Assembly (NCBI GenBank): GCA_038087875.1
Contig: JAXLNO010000213.1
Location: 248,001 to 312,000, forward strand
Direction: 5' to 3'
Length of the DNA: 64,000 nucleotides
DNA from: Malacoraja senta
Lineage: Eukaryota
The position numbers and the translations under genes were made by a program. How positions within the stretch are numbered: the stretch's first letter is position 1; each line of letters starts with the position of its first letter. Positions 12,741-26,124 of the stretch are shown here, in pieces. The notes under the pieces were generated by a model. That model made no database searches. It saw only the letters and a list, made by a program, of their open reading frames with translations, and had not been told where the DNA came from.

Positions 12741-13595
12741 TAGTCTATTGGTTCGATTTCCCAAAGCGGCTCGTATGTTGGAGTCTCCAAATGTAGGCGA
12801 AATTGCAAGTCGACATTTGTATGACTGGACGGAGAGTTTGTTACGACATGTTCTATGTTTTTTCAAATTTTCTTTCTTTGTAATCTATGACTATTCAGAC
12901 GTTAGTGTGTCCAGGATGGGAGAGAGACCATGATTCTGAGTTGTGTTTCTGTCTCTTTTGCTCAGTCGGCTGTGCACAGTATGACCGCGTGTTGTGTTAC
13001 GCTCACTGAAGGTTTCCCTCCGTAATCTCCCCCCCCCCCGGAGCGCACTGTGAGACATGGGATATCGCAAGTGTAATTTCAGTGCGACTTTGTTTAGTTT
13101 CGCGATACAGCTTGTAAACGGGATCTTCGGCCACTCGGAGGAAACTCACGCGTTCACAGGGCGAATGTACATACTGACACACAGACAGCAGACGATTGGA
13201 GCATGGAACTCGGCTCTCTGGCGTTTTGGAGCAGTGGCTCAACCAGCAGCGGCACTTGGAGTGATACAGCGTGGAAACAGGCACTTCGGCCCAACTTGCC
13301 AAAACCGGGCAAAGTGTCTCAGCTGTACTCGTCCCACCTGTTGGCGTTTGGTCCATATCCCTCGAAACCCGTCCTACCCGTGTACTTTTATAGCTGTTTC
13401 TTAAACGTCGGGATAGACTTAACTACTTCATCTGGCAGCTTGTTCCATACACCCCCCATCCTTTGTGTGAAAACGTTACTCCTCGATTCCTATTAAATAT
13501 TTTCTCCTTCACCTCGCATCACCTACTCGATTAACCTACCTAGCGTCACCTACCTCGATTAACCTACTCTGGGCAAGAGACTTTGTGCATCAAGT

Positions 13596-13957
13596 CTGAA
13601 GTCAGATCTCGACCCGAAACGTCGCCTGTTTCCTTCGATCCATAGGTGCAGTCTCACCCGCTGAGTTTCTCCAGCATTTTGCCCACCTTCGATTTCCCAG
13701 CATCTGCAGTTCTTTGTTAAACATTTCGTCTGCTCCACTGCGAAATCTTCTCAAGGTATGCCTACTTTGAAAATGTTCTCCTCCTCTCTCCGAAGACAGT
13801 TTAACAACCTCCTCTCTCACTGCCTCCCCTTTGTGATTCCCCCTTCCCTCCAACTCTACGGAATCGGAATAAGGGCCTCGACCCGAAACGCCGCCTATTT
13901 CCTTCGCTCCATAGATGCCGCCTCACCCGCTGAGTTTCTCCAGCATTTCTGTCTACA
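13596..13957 (+). mobile_element. Penelope-derived short repeats (two copies)
   Basis: CTCGACCCGAAACGTCGCCT..CATAG(A/G)TGC..CTCACCCGCTGAGTTTCTCCAGCATTT; related copies near 14420-14500, 14670-14800, 15240-15320, 34720-34812, 36775-36830 and 43410-43497. Confidence 0.6.
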
Positions 13958-14838
13958 TTGTGCATTAGTCAATATTTACCTCTCATGATTTCATACACCT
14001 CCTGAAGATCACCCCTCATCCCCCTGCGCTGCACGGAATTGTCCCAGCGTGCCCAACCCCTCTCTATAGCTCACACCCTCGAGTCCTGGTAACATCCTCG
14101 TAAAGACATGGTACTTCGTGTGGCAAGAGTCTGTCAGGGCCTGAGATGCTTTGCTTCGACTTGTGTAATTCCCGTCCCGACCACTGATGTCGCCATCCTA
14201 CAGTCGGTGAGTGGATGAATCCTGAGATCTTTCCAGTCACACACTGCGTGGTTCATCCGTCCAGTCCTTCGTTCGAACATTCCCGATTAGTAGGTGGATC
14301 CCGATAGTCAGTGACACGGAGGCAACAAATGTCTGACATTAATCGGATTCAGAGTGAGTTTGCTGATGCGACCCTGCGAGCCCTCTAGCGGAACGGAATT
14401 GAAATAGCAGGAAGTCAAAAATGTTGGACTATCTCAGCGGGTGAGGCAGCTTCAATGGAGCCAAGGAAATAAGCAACGTTTCGGGCCGAAACCCTTCTTC
14501 ATACAGGACTGCTGAACATAACCGGATCCTCTTTGGTTTGGTGTTTACTGTTTTGTGGTTCCCATCAGAGCTCGTGAAACGTTTTCCCAACACACTCGTA
14601 AATCGCAGCTCCTAAATTGAAACGATATTTCAAGTAGTGATTTGTAAGTGGTGGAAGGGAACAGAGACATTGAAATCTGTAAGAAGGAACTGCAGATGCT
14701 GGTTTAAACCGAAGATAGACACAAAAAGCTGGAGTAACTCATCGGCACATGCAGTATCTCTGGAGAGAAGGAATTGTGACGTTTCGTGTCGAGAACTTCC
14801 TTTAGAGTCTGGAGAAAGGACTCGACCCGAAAAGTTTT

Positions 14839-15234
14839 TGGAGACCAGTGTCACTCATGTTGCGAGTCATGCTCTTGTAGTGAATAGAACGGTTGATGGT
14901 CTCTATCGTACACGTGCTGGTCGTGTTTGTAGGCCGGTTGTGAAGTACCCGGACTATGTTTGACTTTCCTCCAGTTTATCACCGACTGCTATGCATGCCT
15001 TACTTAGTTTATGGGGTTTTACTGCTGGTAATTCTTTAAGAGGGAGGATGTAGATCAGTGTCACTCATGTTATGAGTCATGCCTTTGTAGTTACGCCCAC
15101 TAGCTTTACAGTAACCGCTCCTGCCTGGTTCCCTTAGAATTAGAGAGACGTGCAAGTGTGAAGTCATATTTCCTATGTCGTAAATAAAGTTTTTGGACCT
15201 TTATCTTGGTGTAAGGCTCCAGTTATTTAAAACA
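14839..15234 (+). mobile_element. Internally deleted Gypsy-type LTR element remnant
   Basis: 5' LTR fragment 14839-14882 repeats at 15049; pol C-terminus YRTRAGRVCRPVVKYPDYV*; polypurine tract AAGAGGGAGGA; 3' LTR TG...AATAAA...CA at 15049-15234. Confidence 0.75.
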
Positions 15235-16049
15235 GCCGAAAGACAACCGTTATCCGTTGCTTCTTTCCAGAAATGCTGCCTGTGCCGTTGAGTTACTCCT
15301 GGTTTTTGTGTCCATCTTCTGAGACTTTGGAATTACAGTTGTGTTTAAATATATTTCTATGTTTTACTTGTTTTGTAGCTTGTAACTATTCAGTTTGCAG
15401 TGGGTCCAGGCTCACAAATAGTAATGATTGCACGACCTTTTAATTCCAAGTCTGAAGTCAGTAAATGAGCAACTCATGCTTACATAAAGCACCATCTTCG
15501 AGAAATTCGGTCATGGGCTGACAGAGGAGACGCATTGGCGGAAATAAATGCCCACCAAAGATCATCACTAACATAACAGTCTAGCCATATGATCCCTGCA
15601 TTCAATAGCATTATCAAAACCGAGTTCGAGAGCCCATCGTAAATAAAACACAATGTACTCGGGTAACAGCGCCCAGCCAACATCCGCCCCACTGGAGGAA
15701 GTGGACAGGAGATGTTTCGCGTCGGGACATTTCGCCTGACTCCACTGAAACATCTTTGCCTATTTCGTCCACAGAACTTGCCTGACCCGCTGACTCATTC
15801 AGAACTTTGTATCGTTCTCAACATTCCGTTTGTCACAGTTTCTTGCATCCCCACGATCAATACCATGAGAGGCGCCATTGACGGGAAGCTACACTGGACC
15901 AGCCACGTAATGGTTCGTACTGGCTTGATGAGAGGATATAAATTGTAGTTGTGGACGATTGATATTCAGCGAGAAGGCCAGTGATCAGTGGTGCGCAACA
16001 ATGATTGATTGTGGGTTCATTCTAGTCCGTCATCTGTGTTAATGTTTAC

Positions 16050-18367
16050 AAGTTCACAAGTTATAGGATTAGAATTAGGACATTCGGCCCATCGTGCCTA
16101 CTCCGCCATTCAATCATGGCTGATCTCTGCCTCCTAATCCTATTTTCCTGCCTTCTTCCCGTAACCTTTGAAACCCATTCAAATCAAGAACTTGTTTATC
16201 TCTGCCTTAAAAATATCCACTGACTTGGCCTCCACAGCCCTCTGAGGCAATGAGTTCCACAGATTAACTACCCTCAGGCTAAAGAAATTCCTTCTCACTT
16301 CCTTTCTAGCAGAGCGCCTTTTAATTCTGAGGCCATGACCTCTGGTCCGAGACAGCACCAGTGGAAACACCCTTCCCGTAACCACTCGCTCTTTCTGTAA
16401 GTTTCCATGAGGGGCCCCCTCAACCTTCTAAACTCGAGCGTGTAGAGTCCCAGTGCTGTCAAACGCTCATCATATGCTAACCCACTCATTCCTGGAATAA
16501 TTCTTGTAAACCTCATCTGGAACCTCTCCAGAGCCAGCACATCCTTGCTCACCCAGAGAGTTGTGAATTTACACCCAGAGAATTGTGAATTTATGGACTT
16601 CCCTGCCACAGAGGGCAGTGGAAGCCAAGTCACTGGATGGATTTAAGAGAGAGTTAGATAGAGCTCTAGGGGCTAGTGGAGTCAAGGGATATGGGGAGAA
16701 GGCAGGCACGGGTTATTGATATGGGACGATCAGCCATGATCACAATGAATGGCGGTGCTGGCTCGAAGGGCCGAATGGCCTCCTCCTGCACCTATTTTCT
16801 ATGTTTCTATGTTTCCTCAGATATGGGGCCCAGATTTGTTGACGTACTCCAAATGCAGCCTGGCTAGCGCCTTGCAATTCTGTTTTTGTATTCCAGTCCT
16901 CTTGCTTGCCTTCTTTATACCGATTCGACTTGCAAATTATGTTTTTTGGGAGTGCTTCAACAGCACTCCCAATGCACCTCCAATGTCTTGGTTATCTCTC
17001 CATTTGGAACATAATCTACGCCTTTATTCTTATTACCAAAATTAATGAATTCGCACTTTGTTATGCCGAATTTCATCTGCCACTTCTCTGCTAACCTGTC
17101 CATGTCCTTCTACATAGTTGTTGCTTCCTCTCCAGTGCCTGTGCCACCACCTATCCTAGTATCATCTGCAAACTTGGCCACAAAGCCTTCAAACCCCTTA
17201 TCCAAATCATTAATTCACAACGTGAAGAGAAGCTTCCCCAGCACCGATCCTTGCGGAACTCCACTAGTCACTGGCAGCAAACCTGAAAACAACGCGTTTT
17301 ATTGCAACACTTTGCCGTCTGCCATCTAGCCATCCCGCTATGCATGCTAGTATCTTCCCTTTCATAACATGGGGTCTCATCTTCCAGAGACGCCTGACGT
17401 GCGGCACCTTATCGAAGGCCTTCTGAAGATCTAGATAAACGACATCTCCAGCATCCCCTCTGTCTATCCTGCTATTAAATTCATCAACGAACCAGTAGAT
17501 TGGTCAGGCAACATCATCCCTTCACAAAACCATTCTGACTTCTGCCCGTTTAATCGTGAACTTCCATGTTCTGCGTAAACCCGTCCTTTATAATTGACAC
17601 AAAAATCTTACCAACCACCGAAGTCAGTCTAACTGGCCGATAGTTTCGCTCTTCTGCTTGGCTTCCTTCTTGTACAGCAGGGTGATATATGCAATTTTCA
17701 AATCTTCACGAACCACGCCTAACTCTAGTGATTCTTGAAATATCACAATTAATGCCGCCACAATCTCTGAGGCCACCTTCTTCAGAACCCTGGGATGCAG
17801 TCCATCCGGTCCAGGTGAAGCACCCCTTTCAGCCCTTTCAACTATCCTAGCACCTTCCACTTAAGAATCGCCATTCCATTAATTTCCACCCCTGACTCTC
17901 TAGGATTGCTGGTATACTGCTTATGTTTCCAATCTGAAGACTGATGCAAAACAAGTTTGTTAATTTCCTCTGCCGCTTCTTGATTTCCCGTTTTTACTTC
18001 GCCTGCTTCATTTTCCAGCGGCCCAACGTCCACTCTTGCCTTTTTTCTACTCTTTACTTATCCGTAGAAACTCTTGCTATCCTCTTTTATATTATTTGCT
18101 AGCTTACATTCGTACTTCATATTTTCTCTCCGTATTGTCATTTTAGTTACCTTTTGTTGTTCTAAAAAACATCCCAATCCTCTGGCTTCCCACTAGTCTT
18201 TACAATGTAATATGCCTTCTCTTTCGCTTTTATGCTATCCCTGACCTCCCTTGTCTGCCAGGCTCGTCTTATTCTCGCGCTGTAATCTTTCATCCTCTTT
18301 GAACTGAAATGATTCTGCACCTTCTTAATTAACCGCAGATATTCCTGCCATGGCAGCTCTACCGTCA
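16050..18367 (-). mobile_element. Old degenerate CR1 ORF2 with a plus-strand CR1 tail inserted at about 16550-16812
   Basis: SPGPDGLHPRVLK, DVGPLENEAGE and LERFQMRFTRIIPG peptides. Confidence 0.85.
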
Positions 18368-18944
18368 TCTATATAATTAAAAGTCTCATCTTGACCACTT
18401 CCTGTCTGCGCTGTATATTGAGTTTGGGAAAAACGTTACCCTGTATCGCTGTGATTTTTGGCTACCTTACTCACAGTCCTCCTCCACTGAGGCAGCCCCA
18501 TGGACTTTTGCCATAAATGAAAAATAAAAAAAGTTATGAGCGTTTAAAAAATCTTGATCCGCTGATTGGTCCTCTCGCCTGTCAATCATAAAGACGAAGG
18601 AAATGCCCCTTCCGGGGGGGGGGCAGGACTATAAAACCGCGGATACCTGGACATGAGTCAGTCACTCTGGAAGATCGCGAGGGAGAGGCCACAACTGTCA
18701 TTCTAAGCTGTGAATCAACTGAACGGTGTGTCTGCAATGTAATTGCGATAAATGATTTGTTTTTGGAAATTAAATGAAATGACAATGCCATGAGTTGTTC
18801 GGCCTGCTGCCCTGCCTGTGCTCGAAACTGTAATGCTTTGTAAGGTCCGACTGTGTTTGGAAGGAATAAATGCTTTATTAGGTCCCACTGTGTATGGAAG
18901 GGAAATGATTTGAGAGTCCGACTCTGCTTGACATGATGTGAGTT

Positions 18945-19740
18945 GAATTCGCTGGCCTGCACTCTGCTTGAAATGCTGTGAGATTGTATTTGCTGGCCGG
19001 CACTCCGCTTGAAATGATGCGAGATTAGATTTGCTGGCCTGCATTCTGCGTGAAAGGCTGTGAGATTGGATTTGCAGGCCTGCTTGAAATGCTGTTAGAT
19101 TTGATTGGCTGGCCTGCACTGATTGAAATGCTGTGAGATTGGATTTGCTGGCCTGCACTCTGCTTGAAATGCTGTGAGATTTGATTTGCTGGCCTGCACT
19201 CCGCTTGAAATGCTGTGAGATTGGATTTGCTCGCGTGCACTCCGTTTGAAATGCTGTGATATTGGTCTGCAGTCCCCTTGAAATGCTGTGAGATTGCATT
19301 TGCTGGCCTGCACTCTGCTTGAAATGTTGTGAGATTGGATTTGATGGCCTGCATTCCGCTTGAAATGCTGTGAGATTGGATTTGCTGGCCTGCAGTCCGC
19401 TTGAAATGCTGTGAGATTGGATTTGCTGGCCTGCACTCCGCTTGAAGTGCTGTGCGATTACAAATTGATGGCCTGCAATCCGTTTGAAATGCTGTGAGAT
19501 TGGATTTGCTGGCCTGCACTCCGCTTGAAATGTTGTGAGTTTGGATTTGCTGGCCTGCATTCCGCTTGAAATGCTGTGAGATCGGATTTGCTGGCCTGAA
19601 CTCCGTTTGAAATGCCGTGAGATTGGATTTGCTGGCCTGCATTCCGCTTGAAATGCTGTGAGATTCAATTTGCTGGCCTGCTTGAAATGCTGTAAGATTT
19701 GATTGGCTGGCCTGCACTGCTTGAAATGCTGTGATATTGG
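18945..19740. repeat. 41-bp minisatellite, about 20 units
   Basis: Unit CCGCTTGAAATGCTGTGAGATTGGATTTGCTGGCCTGCACT. Confidence 0.95.
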
Positions 19741-22700
19741 AAAGTCTACTTAATTTAGCTTTTGAATAATATAATCTATGTAAAATTTTAAATTGAATCA
19801 GGGTATGTCTTACGTTAATCGAACATTTATGCACATATAATAGATGTTTATCCCAACTCTCTTTCGAGATTTTTATAGCTAGTTCCTGTTCCCATTCTCT
19901 TCTAATCCCGTCCGATGACTGAATTTCTATATTTAAAATGGATTATATAGGTATGATATTAAATTAGCTGATTCCGCTTTTAGATTCATTATCCCGTCTA
20001 ATAGGTCAGGAGACATAGTTTGATATTCTCGTGTATACTTTTTCAAATAGTCACGTAGTTGAAAATATTTGAAATATTGATTACTATTCAAGTTGTATTT
20101 AAATTGTAATTGGTGAAATGTTAAAAAACTTCCATTATCATACACATCTCCAAATGTTTTAATTCCTACTCTTTCCCAATTTATAAAAGCTCTATCTATC
20201 ATAGAAGGTTTAAACGAAGGGTTATTCATTATAGGTGAAAGAAGTGATAGATTTCTTAATTTTAACGTTAATTTTATTTGTTTCCAAATTCTAATTGTAC
20301 TATGAATAATTTAATTTTTACTATATATTGTTTATTTAGTTTATTGAGTATGCCCTTACTCAATAAACTAAACACACTGATTAAATTCTGGAAAAACCTC
20401 CCGATGTCTCTTATAGGCCGAATAAATGCTATAAAAATGATCTTTTTTACCACAAATTTTATATCTATTCCAGTCTATACCGATATACTTACCAACAATT
20501 TTTTTTAAAAATTGGATGCTGTTATTACAAACTTTATATGGGACTATAAATCCCACAGAATCCAAAGAAAACATTTGTGTAAACCTAAGGAATTTGGTGG
20601 ATTATCACTCCCCAATATGTTATATTATTATAGTTTGCATTAAATAGAGATTTATATTTTCTAGTAATTTCAATTCCCAAATATTTAAATTTTTCTGGCG
20701 ATTTTAAAAGGGAATTTTAACAGGTGTGTCGATTCTTGAGGTTTAATCGTCATAATTTCACTTCTATTCCAATTTATTCTATATCTTGAAAAGGATCCAA
20801 ATTCCTCAATTAAATTTAATATATTTGGTATACTAGTTTGTGATTTTGTAATATATAATAGTACATCATGTGCATATAAAGATATCTTATTATTTGAATA
20901 TTTTGTATTGTACCCATGAATATTCGGATGTATCCTAATACTTTCCGCTAACGGTTCTATTACAAGAGCAAATAGCAGAGGTGATAATGAACACCCCTGT
21001 ATATTTCCCCTTGATAACTGAAATTTCGAGGACAACATATTAATAGTTAATATTCTGGCCGTAGGCCTATCATATAATAATTTTACCCAAGCGATAAAAT
21101 TCTCTCCCACTTGAAATGTTTGCAATACTTTAACCATATAATCCCATTCCACTTGATCAAATGCTTTTTCTGCGTCCAGTGAAATAATTGATAAGTCTTG
21201 CTCTTCGGTTTGATGTGAGTGCATTATATTAAACAGACGTCTCAGGTTATTGCTTGAGTATCTCTTGGGTAGAAACCCTGTTTGATCCGGATTTATTAAT
21301 TTACTAACATAGTTACTTAGCCTTCTAGCTAATGTTTTCGCTAATATTTTTTGATCTGTATTTAACAGCGCAATAGCTCTATAAGAACCCGGATCTTCTA
21401 AATCTTTACCTTTTTTAGGTATAAGTGTAATCGTTGACTCCGCCAATGTTTCTGGAAGTGTATGTTCTTTAAAAGCATATGTATACATTTTATGTAGTCG
21501 TGGTGTAATTATCTCGTAAAATCTTTTATAGAATTCATTACTAAAACCATCTGGTCCTGGAGTTATTCCATTCTTTAATGTATTTATTGTTTCTTCTATT
21601 TGCTTAGTTGAGACTTGTGCACCTAATTCCTCTTGTTCACTCACATTGAGTTTTGGGAGATTACAATTGTCCAGGAAATCTCTAACTTTGGTACTATCTG
21701 CTACCGCTTTAGATGTATATAAATTTTGATAAAATTGAGCGAATCTTTTATTAATATCCTTAGGTAGTGTTAACAATTCCCCCTTTTTTCTGATTTAATC
21801 TTTAAAATCGTGTGGTCCTTTTCCCGTTTTTTCAGTTGTCGAGCCAGAAGCTTGTGTGGTTTATCCTCAAATTCAAAATGTTCCTGTTTTGTGATTTGAA
21901 ATAATCTAATAACATTTGCTGATAATATTTTGTTTAATTTAAATGTCATTATTGTTATTTTATTATGTTTGCTCTTTAGCATTATCTAATTCCAATTCTC
22001 TAATTCGTTCTTCTAAGTGCCTTTGTTCTTTCTTATTCCTTTTATTTAAAAAAAGCTTGGTATGAGATTATAGATCCTCTAATAACTGCTTTGAATGATT
22101 CCCATAGTAGAACTGGTGAGGTATCTGGGGTGTCATTATTATTTTTAAAAAGTTCCATCTGTTGTTTTAAATATATTTCCCCTTGTGGGTCATTTAAGAT
22201 TTGAGGATTAAACCTCCAAAACGATTTATTAGGAGGCATTCCTTCTAATTAAAAAAAAAAAGTTAACGGGGTGTGATCAGAAATTATACTATTGTGATAT
22301 TTTGGATTTATTGTATAGGGAATTAGTTTTGTATCCACTAAGAAATAGTCGATACGTGAATACGTTTTGTGTACCATTGAATAAAACGAGTATTCCCGTC
22401 CTACAGGTTTAGCGATCCTGTTATATTTGTATTTTTTATGTAAGTATTTAAGATTTCCCTGGTTTTAGATTTTGTGTTGCCCCTACTCTGTTGTGAAGAT
22501 TTATCCAAATATGGACCTAAAACACAATTAAAATCTCCCGCAATTATCACATTTTGATAATTGAACTCTGTAATTATATTCAGAATTTTATTAAAAAATT
22601 GAGGATTATCAAAATTAGGTGCATAAATATTTACCAAGGTAATTGGGGTAGCATGAGTCTCTCCGGTAACTATAAGGTATCTCCCTTCCTTATCTGTCAT

Positions 22701-24871
22701 GATATTCTTCGATTTAAATGGTATACCTTTTCGAATAATGATTGCTGTGCCTCTAGCTTTGGAAATATATGAAGATTGGTATGTTTGGCATATCCAGTTT
22801 GCCTTCAATCTGGCTTGAGCTTGCAGTTTCAAGTGAGTTTCTTGTAGGAATATTATGTCCGTATTGAGTGACTTCAATTGTGCAAAAATCTTACCCCTTT
22901 TAATTGGTTCATTAGCACCCCTAATATTCCAACTGCAGAACGTGATTTCTCCAAATTTCTTTTGTTTATCGCCTTGCATTTTGAATTATTTAATACCTTT
23001 TAAACATGTGGTGCAAACAATACCATAGGTCTCTGGCTGTTGGGCGAGCATTTGCAATATTAAATTCAGTTATTACATCCCTCTCAAAATTGTCCTTAAG
23101 TAAAGAAACAAAAAAGTGTACATTATTGTGACATTTAAAAAAAAATCAAAAAAGTGAGGTTACAGTGTCTAAAAATGACGACACTGTGACCAATTATCCA
23201 CCTAATGGTGGTAGTTACACAATTAATGACTTCCGTAGTTGTTAATCTACATTTAGCTCCGTCCCCTTGAATAATCTTACAAAAGGGAGTTGGGACCCAT
23301 TCAAAGACAAATTTTATGTGTCAGCCTTACCATATCTACCATATCTTTATATCTAAATAAATCTTCTCTGATCTTCAAACTTATCTACCATTTACTTATG
23401 TTAACAATGATTACATTTTCTTCCCCTTCCATACTAACCTGCCTTTGTTTGGAAGGGGTTAACCCGATTCAGGCACCTGGCTATTTGCCAAGATTCTGAA
23501 TCTCCTCTCCTCCTTCCACACAAAATTTGAACTACAGTTTATCATAATTTCTAAATTAATTTGTTAGTCTGTTGTAAATCTATTTACTTATATTTAGCCC
23601 CCCTCCTCCCCTACCCGGGGGGGAGGGGGCAATCCTTATAATGAATTATTACATTTTATCAATTAAGCAATTCAATTTTAAATCAATTACTATCACTGTG
23701 TGTTAATTTCTATAACTTTAATTACTATTACTATATTAGTTCAGTAGTTTTTGTGTTAGTATGGAATTAGTGTAGGGATAAAATTTTAACAGTCTTTCAT
23801 TCAGGAATTTTTTTCCATCCATCTTCATTAGGTTGCTCATTCTGCCACGCCCTTGTTATTCCATCTTTCGCTCATGTTAGAGCCGAATTTGTCCTTGAGT
23901 CTAGACAGCCGCACATGGAGAAGCTGCGCCATCTTAATCCTTTTTAAAAAAAAAAAATTAAGTTATTTCTATCGACCTTCCCTCAGCCGTTGTCTGTAGA
24001 ATAAAAACCTTGTCTTGAGGATGTGATGTTTTACTTAAGCCTCTATTTCTTTTACGATGTCTTGAGCGTATTTGTAAGCAGCTTCTGGATCATTAAATTT
24101 GCGTTCGGTACCATTATAAGTAATGATCATCTTAGCTGGATAAATTATTCCATATCTGATGCCCTTTCAAGATCTGTTGTGTATTTTTAAACGCTTCTCG
24201 TTTTTTAGCAATTTCATAAGGATAGCCTCTAAAAAGTCTGATAGTGTCCGTCCCATACTTCATAATCTTTCCATATTTAATCTTCTTCCACCTTATCAAT
24301 TTTCAAAGATAATTCACCATGAACATCGTCTATTCGTTTATTTATATTACCGATTGAATCAATTACTTTCTGATTCCCAGTGTTCATGTTCTTCATCATG
24401 CTCTCCATCATACTTTTATTACATGCCAAAAGTTCATTTTTTAAGTCACTCACCGATGTCTTAATTTCCTCCATCTCTTTGTCCTTTAAAACTTTTTCAG
24501 CCATTTCAGCCTTTGATATTGTAGTCATTTTCAGGGCTAGTTCAGCAGTTACTTCTTCAGGTTCTTGAAGTTCAGCAGTTACTTCTTCAGGTTCTTGAAT
24601 TTTTTCAGGTGGTGACTGTTTTTTCAGAAGTTGCTTGGAGACAGATCTCTGAGGGCCCTGACAGGAAGTCGTTCTTTTCATTTAAAATAGCTTAAACCAT
24701 TATTTTCGCGGCGATTTCTGATGACGTCATCAGCACCGCGACAAGCAGCTCCGGTAAGTTTTTACACACGGTCCCGACTTCCAAATCAATTTTTAAAGCG
24801 AAAATTCGCCTATTACGGGCACGGAGCTAAATGCTACGCCTGTTCAGTCCAACATGGCGCCACCGGAAGTC
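19741..24871 (-). mobile_element. L1-clade LINE with intact 5' end, 3'-truncated and rearranged
   Basis: 5' end GACTTCCGGTGGCGCCATG; ORF1 remnant from 24681; APE endonuclease 22401-22979 (SWNIRG, FLQETH, GDFN); RT 20685-21776 (PGPDGF, SLDAEKAFD, QGCSLSP). Confidence 0.92.
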
Positions 24872-25109
24872 AGTTGTTGTTATATTTTAAGTCATTCACA
24901 TTTTCAACTTTAATAAATCCTTTTTCCACTTACCATGCCTGTGTGTTCCTCATCACAATAGGGACCTAACATGCAGGAATGACTACGCTGTCGGAGTGCC
25001 ACTAACAGTTCAGCGGGGGGAGGTTGAGTGGAGATGGACTGAATGCGTGTGGGGAAGGGGAATGGCAAGGAGCAGAGTGGGGGTGGGGATGAAGGGAGGA
25101 TTTGTGACA

Positions 25110-25600
25110 GAGTGAACTGCCACCACACAGCCATGAGTGACTGGAATGCCAGCCCACCAGCCATGAGTAAATGAACTGCCAGCCCACCAGCTGTAAGTGA
25201 CTGAAGTGCCAGCCCACCAGCCATGACTTAGTGAACGGCCAGCCCACCAGTGATGACTCACTGAACTGCGAGTCCATGAATCCATTCAGTCCACAATGTC
25301 CATACTAGCCCTCTGGAAACCTGTCCCTTCAGCCCACAACATCCATACTACCTCTCCAGTGATCTTCCACCTTCATTGCGGAGATCTGTAAAACAATATC
25401 AAAATGTCTAAAATTGATACTCCACACTCTCCCCTTCTCTCTCAAAGAGTCTGTCACCTGTTTAGGGCAGAATTTCTGGCGGTTTCTGAGCTGCCAGCCC
25501 GCCAGGCCTGAGTTACTGAGCTGCCAGCCTGCCAGGCCTGAGTGACTGAGTTGCCAGGGCTCATAGATTGAGCTGCCAGCCCAAGAATCCATTCGGCCCA
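25110..25600. repeat. Degenerate 27-30 bp tandem repeats (GCCAGCCCACCAG..TGAGTGACTGA)
   Basis: Visible short tandem units within the Helitron-like 3' region. Confidence 0.7.
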
Positions 25601-26002
25601 CAATGTCCATACTAGCGCTCTGTAAGTTAGCCCCTTCGGCCCACAACACCCACCCCACTAGCCAGCAATATTGGAATTGGCGGAGAGGTGGAATATTGCG
25701 TTGGGGGGGGTGGACCAACCCTCCCCTGTGAAGCTGGGACCCCATTGGTCCCACTTAATCTAGTTAATTCTTATATTCATCGAAGTAAAGTGCTGGAGTC
25801 ACTCAAGTGATCGTGCAACGTTATTTGGTGCAGGTGACGTTTCGCATCGAGACCGTTATTTAGGGTTCAGAGTTCAGCGACTCGTTTTGTGTTTTTTTCA
25901 GTCGATCCTTCAATTATTTGCTTGTAATCTCCCGTGGTGGATTCAGCGGCTGTGATGCAAGGTGTTTGTTCCGTGAGTGTCATTAATGACAATCAGCAGG
26001 TA

Positions 26003-26040
26003 TGAGGTCATGTCGCTGGAGACCTATCGTTCTATATATC
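26003..26040 (+). promoter_or_regulatory. Candidate core promoter of the GPCR gene (CRE-like TGAGGTCA, TATA-like TATATAT)
   Basis: About 90-120 bp upstream of ATG 26125; the paralog has a perfect TGACGTCA at 2678-2685 and the same TATA-like run. Confidence 0.35.
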
Positions 26041-26124
26041 TTGGTGCCCTCCAAAACGCATCGCCACAGAGCTGCAGCGTTGACGGACTGCCGGAGCCAC
26101 AGGAGTTAATTGTGTCTTCCAGTT

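Larger units (their letters stand above)
18368..25763 (+). mobile_element. Non-autonomous Helitron-like sequence (5' and 3' ends, interrupted by L1)
   Basis: Starts A|TC (TCTATATAATTAAAAGTCTCATC); ends with hairpin TGGGACC-ccatt-GGTCCCA (25735-25753) then CTAG|T; internal minisatellites; the paralogous empty site near 2931 is A^T. Confidence 0.65.

Noticed and set aside
15480..15692. Possible minus-strand exon ending at a GTAAGC donor
   Set aside because: No recognisable protein similarity or partner exon; insufficient support.
18945..19740. Regular 41-bp repeats as a CRISPR array, and ORFs 18715-19668 / 19025-19834
   Set aside because: Head-to-tail units with no unique spacers, no cas genes, eukaryotic context; the ORFs are by-products of the repeat.
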